Shown one piece after another: positions 24,566 through 36,460 of a DNA stretch of 64,000 nucleotides. The DNA is from Laetmonice hystrix (Eukaryota): the NCBI GenBank assembly GCA_965235115.1, contig OZ249440.1, positions 7,936,001 to 8,000,000 of the forward strand. The letters run 5' to 3'. The notes beneath the pieces are model-generated. The model searched no databases. It saw only the letters and a list, made by a program, of their open reading frames with translations, and had not been told where the DNA came from. The position numbers were made by a program, and so were the translations under genes. The first letter of the stretch is position 1. Each line of letters starts with the position of its first letter.

Positions 24566-27405
24566 ATTTTGCTGATTGAATTTGTTACGGAGGCGCCTCT
24601 GGGATGTGTGTTTGTGTATTTATGGATGGGTCGGGGTAGGAGAGGACTCAGGTGGTGATCCCTACGGTCCTCTAGCAGGAGTTAGCTATCAATGATACCT
24701 TGTTTCTACCACGAACTGGTGACGAGAAGGACTGAGATAAGGTAGAGAGAGAGACGTGATAAGCATGGACAAGGATGTGGTGTAAGATTGAGGAGGTTTC
24801 CACGAGGTCCCATAGTTCCCACGTTTACCACGTGAACAGACAAAGCCAGGTGTTCAGCCTCCAGTACATTTACTATTCCAGCAACATCTTCAAAGAATAC
24901 CACATGAATAATTATACTTGTGGGAGGACAGTAGAGGTCTTTAGGGGATCATATTCTTCTACTCAATTATGTGCTTAACGTAGCCCATAGCAACGAGGCG
25001 AGAGACTGATCGGAGAGAAGATCAGGTGTAGATGTCCATTAAAACTACTTGTGTGTGACAGGAAAAATGTCACGCTAGCAATTAGTCTAAATGAAAAATA
25101 AACTGTGCACAAAAAACACATGGATCGGAGCCAACATAAAGAGGTCGTTTTCCCCCTTCAATTTCTCTTAGACCTGCTGAGGGCATCAGCGGAACTTATA
25201 GGCCCTCGGCCTGCATACATTCAACAATATCAGGCCTAGATAATATACAAACATACACATAATATTAATATAATATTATGATGTGGGTTTGGGGGTAATG
25301 GGCCTATGTCCCCAGATCTTTAGGAAGAAACTCAGGATTCGTGAATGCGTGTCGGTCAAAATGTCCTATGGGCCATGCAATGGTGAAATCTCTGCACATG
25401 TGACTCAACTGTAGGCCTATCTTCAACTTTTTAAACAAAATTGAAGAAGAATTTAATTGTGTTTTTGTTACATGATAGCGTAAAAAGGTCAGAAACAAAT
25501 ATCCTTATACCCTGAAAATAGCGTTGATTGGCCTGAAAGCAAGCCACAGTCAGCCCCCAAAGTGCACGGATTTCGGTGACCCCGTTGGAATTTAGCTATG
25601 GGATTTCTCGGCCAATACAACGGTTATCACCCAAATTTGTCATGTTTTGCATCTAACTACAGAATGCCTCACAAAAGATTAAAAACCCCTTCGAAAGTAC
25701 GATTCTTCCAATTGTGGCCCTTTACCTTAGATCTCTATTCACAGGCCCCTAACTCTTCTGCGAGCAGCTGATGGATCCAAGCGGTCAAGGGGACTTTTAG
25801 TTAGCTATAGTTAGTTTGGTTTTTTTATACTGCAATTCAAAAATCTTCAAACCATGAAAAAGTCTTGATGGATCTGCTCTTGTTTAGGTTTATGGATGTC
25901 TAGAGCCGTTGTCCTTCTGAAGACAACCTTTAATAGGTCTCCGTCTTCAAATGGTCCCGACATGCTTGCCCGGTCACGTGACTGCCAGGGGTGTCACACA
26001 AAAATGCACCACGGGGATTTTCCGTGACGCCGCAACATCAAAGCGACAGCTGGTCGTTACTTAGCGACGGCTTCAAATTGGATGCTGTGGCTTAGAGCGA
26101 CGACTATGGGAAACGAGTCGTCAACACAACATAATCCTAATTGAAGTTCAGTGTTTCTCTAAAGTGACACTAGATTGGATAAACGGAGTGACAGTCGACG
26201 ACATTGATAGGTTGACGAGCGGCCAATTAACGCCTATCGCGGCCACTGGAAGAGTCCAGCAAGTGTTTGCGAGACCGAAAACTGAGGCCCACAGGCCCAA
26301 ACTATTCACAGCCGCCCATGCACTCCTAAATGTTTCTTTTCATATTTATGCATGTAGACCTATATTTTCTGCAAACCGTATAGTAGGACCTATTTAGAAT
26401 TAGGCCCCTAAGAATTGGACCACTTCACGTAGGGCCTACCATGATGGGCCTCCTGTAGACAGTTAGGCTAAAGATCCACAGCTCCCATGGATGTTAAATG
26501 TCTTACCTCACCAAATGATTTGAATAATTTTCATCTTAAATAATATAGGGGCCTAGGCCTAATAGTTATACCAGATTAATTACACACACAGCATAGCCTC
26601 CATACATGTATATCGGGCTAAACTATCTTCAATACCTCGACAGCATAGGCCCTACATAGGCGAGGCCTAACACAGGCCTAGGCTACAGGTCATTTATGAT
26701 TGTGCTAGGGCCTCTATTAAACCATTACTATATTGTACCCTATTATTTAATTGTAATTCTACATCATGTACGGTAATTTGTTCAGTGCCTTGGTAATACT
26801 ATATGGATGAGACCATTAAAGTTCTTCTACAAAAATACAACATTCGCCTTGCACAATGGTGACGGTTAGTAACGTGCCACATACAAATATTCTGAAGCCG
26901 TCCTGCTTTCTATACTCTGACTGTGAGGGGAGGATGTACATGGTGCGCCTAGGGGTGGGGAGTGTCGGGGGTACGGGGTGTGGGGTGGCCTGGGCCGCCC
27001 CGTCACCCCACCGTGGGGGGTCTCCTACTACAACCCAGTTGACAATAGCCGAGCTTGTCTCACTGTCAAACCACGAGTCAATATACAGGTAGCTAGCCGG
27101 TAGGTGGCGCTGAGGAGGAGGGCCGTTTAGCCTGTGACGTATGAGTTGTAACACGCCACCTTAATCCTGGCGTCTCAATCAACCCTCTGAAGGCAGACAG
27201 ACCAGGGGGAGGTGAGAATTTATGTCAGCCGGGGGGGGGGGGCTCTATTGTTGTTTTATCCTATTGTAAGCGTCTTTAGTAATTTTAGTAATGTTACAAA
27301 GGAGGCAGTATATTCTCCGGTATCGCACACAGGAGGGGATGGGGGGGGGGGGTCGCTTCTTGTCGGTAACCTCTATATTCCATTTGTTCTCCCTCCTTTA
27401 TATAC

Positions 27406-27537
27406 NNNNNNNNNNNNNNNNNNNNNNNNNNNNNNNNNNNNNNNNNNNNNNNNNNNNNNNNNNNNNNNNNNNNNNNNNNNNNNNNNNNNNNNNNNNNNNN
27501 NNNNNNNNNNNNNNNNNNNNNNNNNNNNNNNNNNNNN
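27406..27537. other. Assembly gap / masked bases (132 N)
   Basis: Run of N. Confidence 1.
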
Positions 27538-27605
27538 TTTAAATTTTGCATATATCAGGTTGATGTTTCGTATCCTTCCATCAAATTATGTATTACATCT
27601 AAGAG

Positions 27606-27672
27606 AGTGAGAGAGAGAAGAGAAAGAGAGTGTGAGAGAGAGGGAGAGAGAGGGAGAAAAGAGAGTGTGTGG
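27606..27672. repeat. GA/GT-rich simple repeat next to a gap
   Basis: Degenerate (GA)n between two N runs. Confidence 0.8.
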
Positions 27673-28002
27673 NNNNNNNNNNNNNNNNNNNNNNNNNNNN
27701 NNNNNNNNNNNNNNNNNNNNNNNNNNNNNNNNNNNNNNNNNNNNNNNNNNNNNNNNNNNNNNNNNNNNNNNNNNNNNNNNNNNNNNNNNNNNNNNNNNNN
27801 NNNNNNNNNNNNNNNNNNNNNNNNNNNNNNNNNNNNNNNNNNNNNNNNNNNNNNNNNNNNNNNNNNNNNNNNNNNNNNNNNNNNNNNNNNNNNNNNNNNN
27901 NNNNNNNNNNNNNNNNNNNNNNNNNNNNNNNNNNNNNNNNNNNNNNNNNNNNNNNNNNNNNNNNNNNNNNNNNNNNNNNNNNNNNNNNNNNNNNNNNNNN
28001 NN
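27673..28002. other. Assembly gap / masked bases (330 N)
   Basis: Run of N. Confidence 1.
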
Positions 28003-30007
28003 ATATTAAGACAAAAGTCCCTCCTTAATGGGTCTACATGCTTGACTCACCATATGTATCATGCACACTACTGAAACATGCCGCGCGGTGAGAACAAACA
28101 AAGAAACAGAGGGTGTTGTGGTCCTTTAGATCTCTTTGCAGATACAGCGGTTCAACTGCAAATGACCAGGTATTGAAGAATATCAAAAGCTTTGTCGGTC
28201 TAAAGCCAATTGAGGTATTATTGTGTAGATTTGATAGAGATTAGCAAGGCTTTGTATGCACTGAAGTGTATTATCTGAACGGATGCAGCTGACACAGTTC
28301 CCCTTGATATGGCCCCGCCCCAATTAACGGTGTACAAGTAATATCAATCGTTACAGAGAGAAAACATTGTTTGTATGAGGTTTTTTTAAACGAATACAGC
28401 CGTTTTAATTGTGCTATTTATATGACACATGCCAGGTTTTACATTTGTATTATGCACGTTCTATGGCAGTGAACGTCAACCATCAACTGTAATGTGTTGG
28501 TTGTAGATTATTATCATCACGATGGTTATCTGATGCCCATAGCAACAAGGCAAACGCATCAGTTATGAAGGACCAATCATGTAATATATTACAGAAACAT
28601 TTGTTAGCCTAACTCTTTACCTAAAAAAAGGCCTTCCATAAAGGTTATCAAACTGACCTTTAAGGAACCCATTACCCATATTATAGTTACCAATATGGTT
28701 CCTTAATTTACGTGTAAATAGCCGTGTATGAACTATACAGGACCATTAGAAACCTTTGAAAAAAAACAGTCACAATTTGTCAAGGTACACGGGTCAGTGG
28801 GTTCAGCTCAGTGGAATCTTATGACAGCTATCTTGACATCTTAGTTGTTTATCTGACCGTGTGTGTTTCTATTTTCACATTTAACCCTAAGACTTCATCA
28901 AATGCGTTGACTAGATCAGATAGCATATAAACATGTATAACGTCAGGTCGGGTTTCATCTGTGCCCAAACAATTGCCTCAGGCCTATTGCTATATTAAAG
29001 GAAGCAAGTATCAAACGTCTTTTGACCTTCAACATGTTTCCATATCAGTTCAAAAGAAAGCCTGACCGGCGCCTGTCATTATGATATGACAACTCTATCT
29101 AATGACACGTTTGTGTCCAATTTATAATAAGAAACATCATAGTAATCCTCGCATGTCGTGTAGGTCTCACTGATCTGTATTTCCTTTCATATATTTTCGA
29201 AAATAACAGACCTCTGGGATATGACCTCCAGAGGGAATCATTGTATAAATGTCAGGGGCTGTGTGTCATCAGGTCGTGTCAAAGGAACGCCACAGATCTA
29301 CATTGTAGATATAAAGTTATATATATACAATGTAAATCAATGTAAATATTTCACACTGTAGCTTATAGTGCATGTCGAGATATGGAATAACTTTAAAACA
29401 ATATACAACTGTATCCTCAAAACCGGGTAACTGAGGCATCTGTTACATGCAGGTTATTAAATATACATGCACCTATGAGATATTACTTCTGAGAATCCGA
29501 GAGCTGAAGCCTCTTTAAATGTATACATGCATAGATATAGATGTCATTACTATCTCACTACGATCTCAGTATATGAACTAAGTGCATGATAATTAGAGCA
29601 AATGTAGGCACATGTACTATATTATTACATGTAATGGTTGTTATAATGTCCTGCCTGACACTGTCTTCGGGCATCCATGCATATACAAATGTGTAGAAAG
29701 AAAAATGGAAGGATATAGATATCAAGCACAGGCAATTAAATTGTAATTGTGATATTTTATAAAGGGCGCATGCTCACATATACAACCAAATACATGCTAC
29801 TGAGGACGTGAAAAAAAGAGCCCGTTTGATATCATGAATGATGTAACAATTATTTTGCAAAGTTTTATTTCGTTTAAAGAGTTAAAACATAACAATTACT
29901 GGTATAATTTGCCTTTATAGCGATGAATTGTATATGCCTGCATATTTATAGTACAGTCCCAATTGTAGGTCTATTGAATTTAATGGAAGCCCCCCCCCTC
30001 CCTGCCA

Positions 30008-32645
30008 TGCCCCCCATGCACAAAGTCACAGAGACAGGGGTGGACATGAACAGAACGAGGGGTTATGGGCTGTACCGGCTATACCGGCTAGATCGTCATT
30101 ATGGGACACGTTTTCCAGGGGACAAGACTTTATCCTATGTCCCCGATGCACAAAGTCACAGAGACAGGGATGGACAAGTACAGAACGAGAGGTTATATGC
30201 TACCGGCTATATCGTCATTATGGAACACGTTTTCCAGGGGACAAAACTTTATCCCATGTTCCCCATGCACAAAGTCACACAGACAGGGATGGACAAGTAC
30301 AGAACGAGAGGTTATATGCTACCGGCTATATCGTCATTATGGGACACGTTTTCCAGGGGGCAAGACTATCCCAGTCCCCCATGCACAAAGTCACAGAGAC
30401 AGGGGTGGACAAGTACAGAACGAGAGGTTATAGGCTATACCGGCTATATCGTCATTATGGGACACGTTTTCCAGGGGGCAAGACTATCCCAGTCCCCCAT
30501 GCACAAAGTCACAGCGACAGAGGTGGACAACGAGAGGTTATATGCTATACCGGCTAGATCGTCATTATGGGACACGTTTTCCAGGGGACAAGACTATATC
30601 CCAGTCCCCCATGCACAAAGTCACAGCGACAGAGGTGGACAACGAGAGGTTATATGCTATACCGGCTAGATCGTCATTATGGGACACGTTTTCCAGGGGG
30701 CAAGACTATCCCAGTCCCCCATGCACAAAGTCACAGCGACAGAGGTGGACAACGAGAGGTTATATGCTATACCGGCTATATCGTCATTATGGGACACGTT
30801 TTCCAGGGGACAAGACTTTATCCCATGTCCCCCATGCACAAAGTCACAGAGACAGGGGTGGACAAGTACAGAACGAGAGGTTATAGGCTATAGCGGCTAT
30901 AGCGGCTATATCGTCATTATGGGACACGTTTTCCAGGAGGCAAGACTATCCCAGTCCCCCATGCACAAAGTCACAGAGACAGGGGTGGACAAGTACAGAA
31001 CGAGAGGTTATAGGCTACGGCTAGATCGTCATTATGGGACACGTTTTCCAGGGGACAAGACTTTATTCCATGTCCCCCATGCACAAAGTCACACAGACAG
31101 GGGTGGACAAGTACAGAACGACAGGTTATAGGCTATACCGGCTATATCGTCATTATGGGACACGTTTCCCAGGGGGCAAGACTATCCCAGTCCCCCATGC
31201 ACAAAGTCACAGAGACAGGGGTGGACAAGTACAGAACGAGAGGTTATAGGCTATACCGGCTATATCGTCATTATGGGACACGTTTCCCAGGGGGCAAGAC
31301 TATCCCAGTCCCCCATGCACAAAGTCACAGAGACAGGGGTGGACAAGTACAGAACGAGAGGTTATAGGCTATTCCGGCTATATCGTCATTATGGGACACG
31401 TTTTCCAGGGGACAAGACTTTATCCCATGTCCCCCATGCACAAAGTCACAGAGACAGGGGTGGACAAGTACAGAACGAGAGGTTATAGGCTACGGTTAGA
31501 TCGTCATTATGGGACACGTTTTCCAGGGGGCAAGACTTTATCCCATGTCCCCCATGCACAAAGTCACAGAGACAGGGGTGGACAAGTACAGAACGAGAGG
31601 TTATAAGCTATACCGGCTATACCGGCTATATCGTCATTATGGGACACGTTTTCCAGGGGGCAAGACTACATCCCAGTCCCCCATGCACAAAGTCACAGAG
31701 ACAGGGGTGGACAAGTACAGAACGAGAGGTTATAGGCTACGGCTAGATCGTCATTATGGGACACGTTTTCCAGGGGACAAGACTTTATTCCATGTCCCCC
31801 ATGCACAAAGTCACACAGACAGGGGTGGACAAGTACAGAACGACAGGTTATAGGCTATACCGGCTATATCGTCATTATGGGACACGTTTCCCAGGGGGCA
31901 AGACTATCCCAGTCCCCCATGCACAAAGTCACAGAGACAGGGGTGGACAAGTACAGAACGAGAGGTTATAGGCTATACCGGCTATATCGTCATTATGGGA
32001 CACGTTTCCCAGGGGGCAAGACTATCCCAGTCCCCCATGCACAAAGTCACAGAGACAGGGGTGGACAAGTACAGAACGAGAGGTTATAGGCTATTCCGGC
32101 TATATCGTCATTATGGGACACGTTTTCCAGGGGACAAGACTTTATCCCATGTCCCCCATGCACAAAGTCACAGAGACAGGGGTGGACAAGTACAGAACGA
32201 GAGGTTATAGGCTACGGCTAGATCGTCATTATGGGACACGTTTTCCAGGGGGCAAGACTTTATCCCATGTCCCCCATGCACAAAGTCACAGAGACAGGGG
32301 TGGACAAGTACAGAACGAGAGGTTATAGGCTACGGCTAGATCGTCATTATGGGACACGTTTTCCAGGGGGCAAGACTTTATCCCATGTCCCCCATGCACA
32401 AAGTCACCGAGACAGGGGTGGACAAGTACAGAATGAGAGGTTATAGGCTATACCGGCTATACCGGCTATACCGGCTATATCGTCATTATGGGACACGTTT
32501 TCCAGGGGACAAGACTTTATCCCATGTCCCCCATGCACAAAGTCACAGAGACAGGGGTGGACAAGTACAGAACGAGACGTTATAAGCTATACCGGCTCTA
32601 CCGTTTTCCAGGGGACAAGACTTTATCCCATATCCCCCATGCACG
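30008..32645. repeat. Satellite array, ~110-130-bp monomer (~22 copies) with a 722-bp higher-order duplication
   Basis: Monomer ATCGTCATTATGGGACACGTTTTCCAGGGGACAAGACTTTATCCCATGTCCCCCATGCACAAAGTCACAGAGACAGGGGTGGACAAGTACAGAACGAGAGGTTATAGGCTATACCGGCTAT. Matching ORFs lie 722 bp apart (31034/31756, 31155/31877, 31273/31995, 31391/32113). Confidence 0.95.
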
Positions 32646-35600
32646 CCCCCATTTGTGTTGCTCAAACTATAAGATTACACTGCCTTCTGCTGTGACATAT
32701 TCTACAATTATCCCAATGTTATGAAGTGCCGCGGGCCTTCTCTTTGTCGCTGTGTTTCTAGTGGACCCTATTTAAGAAGGCTCAATGAGACTTGTCACTT
32801 TATTCCCGTGCATCCCTTTGTCTTGTTGAAGGGTAACCAGCGGGTCAGGTAAAGAGAGGGTCCAGCATCTGTCGACCGTGCACTCCAATGGTCGACCCCC
32901 GTGCCAGGTTCTGCCAGGACCAACCAGGCTATATGGTGTCAGTTACTGTCATAATTACAGTTTTCAAATCTTGTGGAACAAATTGTTCATTTGCTCAAAT
33001 TTCGGCGGACAAATTTGACTGAAGTGTATGGACAGTCAAGTGGGCCGGGCGGTATTTGAGCAAGGCGAAGTGGGTAATATACGAGGCTTGGTCGTCCCTC
33101 TCATCAAACATACCTGACGAGAGTGCCTTGTCACAGAAGAGATGGAGCTACTACTATCACTTACAGTAACATAGCCATATATTTCCGCCCTTTCTACCTG
33201 AGAAATGATCTCGATTCGATGTTTATATCGTCTATCCGGGTGTGGTGTGCCCCCCTCTGAGTGGGTGGTCTGGATGGGTTACTGGCCCGGTAGGCTGCGT
33301 GCCCTCTGTGCATTTTTCACAGTAGTCGTTGACAGCGCCCCTCCGCGGCGGCCCTGGGGGCAAGTCGACATAACTCAGTAGTTCGAGCCGACGTCGCGCC
33401 CTCAGTACAATCGCTCGACCAGTTTACGAGAAATGCCAATAAAGTTTATCTCCGGTTCTTGTACGCATTTGCAAAGCTTCCTTTGTTTGAAGTAAATGAA
33501 TCATGATCGTTCGCGACAGATTTTCAAAAACAAATACGGGACTACGTGTGAGAAAAGAAGGTTCAATGTCTTGAAACTGAACCCTTTACCGACGTGTCTG
33601 AACCAGCGGCCGACCGACCAATGATTGTACCTGTATATATTTACAGACCATATTACCTGTATTCATCGTCCACAATAGCCTCAATTTGGTCCCAATAAGT
33701 AGTCCCATGTTGTGCCAGCGTATTAAGACATCAGCGCAGGAATGAGACCCATTCAGCAATGCCGAGAGAAAGAGGATAATTTTGGCGGTCTCTGTGCGGT
33801 TCTCGTCTGCCTTTAATCTGACGTCATTACGGCAGGGGCAATGTGGGCGCGTTACGCCCCCTACCAACAAGAGGTGTCCGTCACATGCAATCAGAAGAAA
33901 AAATAATCGACCACCTGGCTATGACTATACCTTTCTTCTAGATTTTAAACATAGTGTAAGGTATACTGCGTTTTGTCTACACGCTGTTTTTGTGTGCACA
34001 GATTCCCATGATCCTGTCACGTTAAGGGAGGGACCATGGATACTATTACGGACTCTTAGAAAGCGAAGGATACGAAAAAACCTAGTATACATAAAAGATA
34101 CTACAGATACATTTGTATTTCACGTCAGGAAGAGTTGTCTAAAAGGTTCTGGCAAGTAATGTCGATATCAAAACCCTATCAATCTACATTATTATAATGG
34201 CATGTATACTGCTTTAAATTTTCCTGGAATTTTTACTAACCGGAGCTGGTCCAAATTTCTCGAAAATGCATTGGCAGCATCTCTCATATAAACCTTATGA
34301 CTGGATAACTCTCTATAATGCACCATATTCGAGAATTAAAAACAGTTTCTAAATATTAGAACAAAACTATAGGTCTATTCCGTATGTTAGCGACGGAGGG
34401 AGAGGGCGGGAAATAGGCCTATATACAAAACGGAGAGGCAACGTCGCTGGCCTTGCGTTTCGGATCGCGTGCCTCGCTAAGTGAGCCTGCATTATCGGCG
34501 TTCCGAGGTAGATAATCCTCTCTGTTAATCCCACTATAACTCCATGATTACCCGACCGCGAACGCCGACCGACTGTGTCGGGAATTAGATAATCACATAG
34601 GGTCACGCTTCAATTACACAAATTGAAGTGGGATGGGTTTTTTTTTTCAGACCGCATTCTGGAGAGTAATATAAACACATTTGCAGGTCCCATGTAACTT
34701 TTTTTTTATATGTTTCGGCTGTTTTCTAACCCGGCTTCGACATGTCTCCTCTCGCAAATTAATTATGGAATGAAATGTTAATTTGGCAGTTAATTGAAAT
34801 TGGCAGTTAAGTGTCATATGCAATGGGCTCTGTCTGCAAAGATATCTTCGCGCAAACTTCCTTCCTATATAGCTATAGGCCGATTATATATAGAGTTATC
34901 CCAGTATAAAATATATTCGTATTTCTGTTATTTCTATATATAGCCTAATATGGTAAATGCGTTAGGAGAATTTTCGTTAAAAGGGTCATGCATTCTTTGA
35001 AGGATCGCCTTTCAAGCTATGTCAGGATATAGCCACCTGTATATAATTATGCAGGCGTGTGTATCAGAAAAAGTCCTGGCATACCGGCAGAGACCCACCC
35101 TGTATGTGGTATGACATGCCTGACAGTGCACCACCTTGTGACCTGACTGGCGCCGATACCAACACTGATATATACCCAGCTGGAGAATGACGGCAATCGA
35201 ACCCACTGACGGCAGGATGTCTCTCTCAGCCTCCCCTCTAATGAGATGTACTTTGGTGAACGTCGGAGGCGCCTTGTGTCCGCGTCCAATCGCTATAAAG
35301 GCAATCTCAGGGGTTGTGTAGACGCTATCACCTCAAGCCGTCGCGAATATAACTTAGATGAACTGGACGATTTCTCTCGGGCGCTAGTCATATTTTAACA
35401 ATTAATCTTTGTGTAAGTCTTTATTAAACTCTACTAAATGACCATGTCGCAACCCAATCCCGCATCTGATTTCAGCGTTTGCCAAACGAAGTTAAGTCTC
35501 ACCGAGCAACATACAATAAGAACGGGTATATTTATTCTTACTATGTCGATAAGATGTTTATCATGGTTCTATCAAATAAATAAGAGTTTTCATGGCAGAC

Positions 35601-36400
35601 TGGCGTGCAATACGTGTATATGTATATCGATTGCCTCCGGAAATAGCCGAAAATGCATGGGCGCTGAAGGCCGACAGAGTTCGGTTGGCTGTATAGGTGT
35701 GGGATATAGGTGGGCCATGTTCACCAGTGGCAGATGTGGCTCGCTGGTCAGGATATATACGCTGACCATGCAGTGGTCAGTTAGTCGGTATAATGCAGGT
35801 CAGTATGCGCATATATACTTCCTCTGACCACAAACTGGAATAGACCGATATAGGAGAGCCATAATAAGGCCATGTGTATACATACATAAGCGCGGGAGAC
35901 ATTTTTCGCCGAGGGAGGGTTAGGCAAACGGAAAATATATGAGTTATTTGAAAGATACCAAGGTATAATAAACGTATATAGAATACCGAATAATCCACTA
36001 GGAATTTATGTGAAATGAAATAGACTGCTAACGAATATTATAAAAATACCAGAGTTCCAGTGGAAATGTGTCACCAAAACGTTTCGGAAGTAGCTCTGTA
36101 TATATTATGTATAGTATCGTTAGCAGGCTGACAGAATTACAGGGGAATAAACCTAAAAACTTATAGTTGAATATGTCAAGGCAGGCAGCCTATAGAGAGG
36201 CTCAAATTTTTCCAGGGGGATTGAGCCCCCCACCCCATGGCTACGAGCCTATTCTGAATATTTTATCCTGCATTTGCATGTTATATATACCTAACTATAT
36301 TTGGTAGACTTATCGAGAAGAGAAGAAAGATGTTGTAGAAATTTTGAAATTGTGATGTTTAAGGGAAATGGGAAGCGTTATTTTTATAATTGACCTCCCG

Positions 36401-36460
36401 ATAACATGTAAATAATTGAAGTAACATGTAAATAATTGAAGTATCATGTAAATAATTGAA
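36401..36460. repeat. 20-bp unit x3 (AACATGTAAATAATTGAAGT)
   Basis: Three near-identical copies. Confidence 0.85.
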
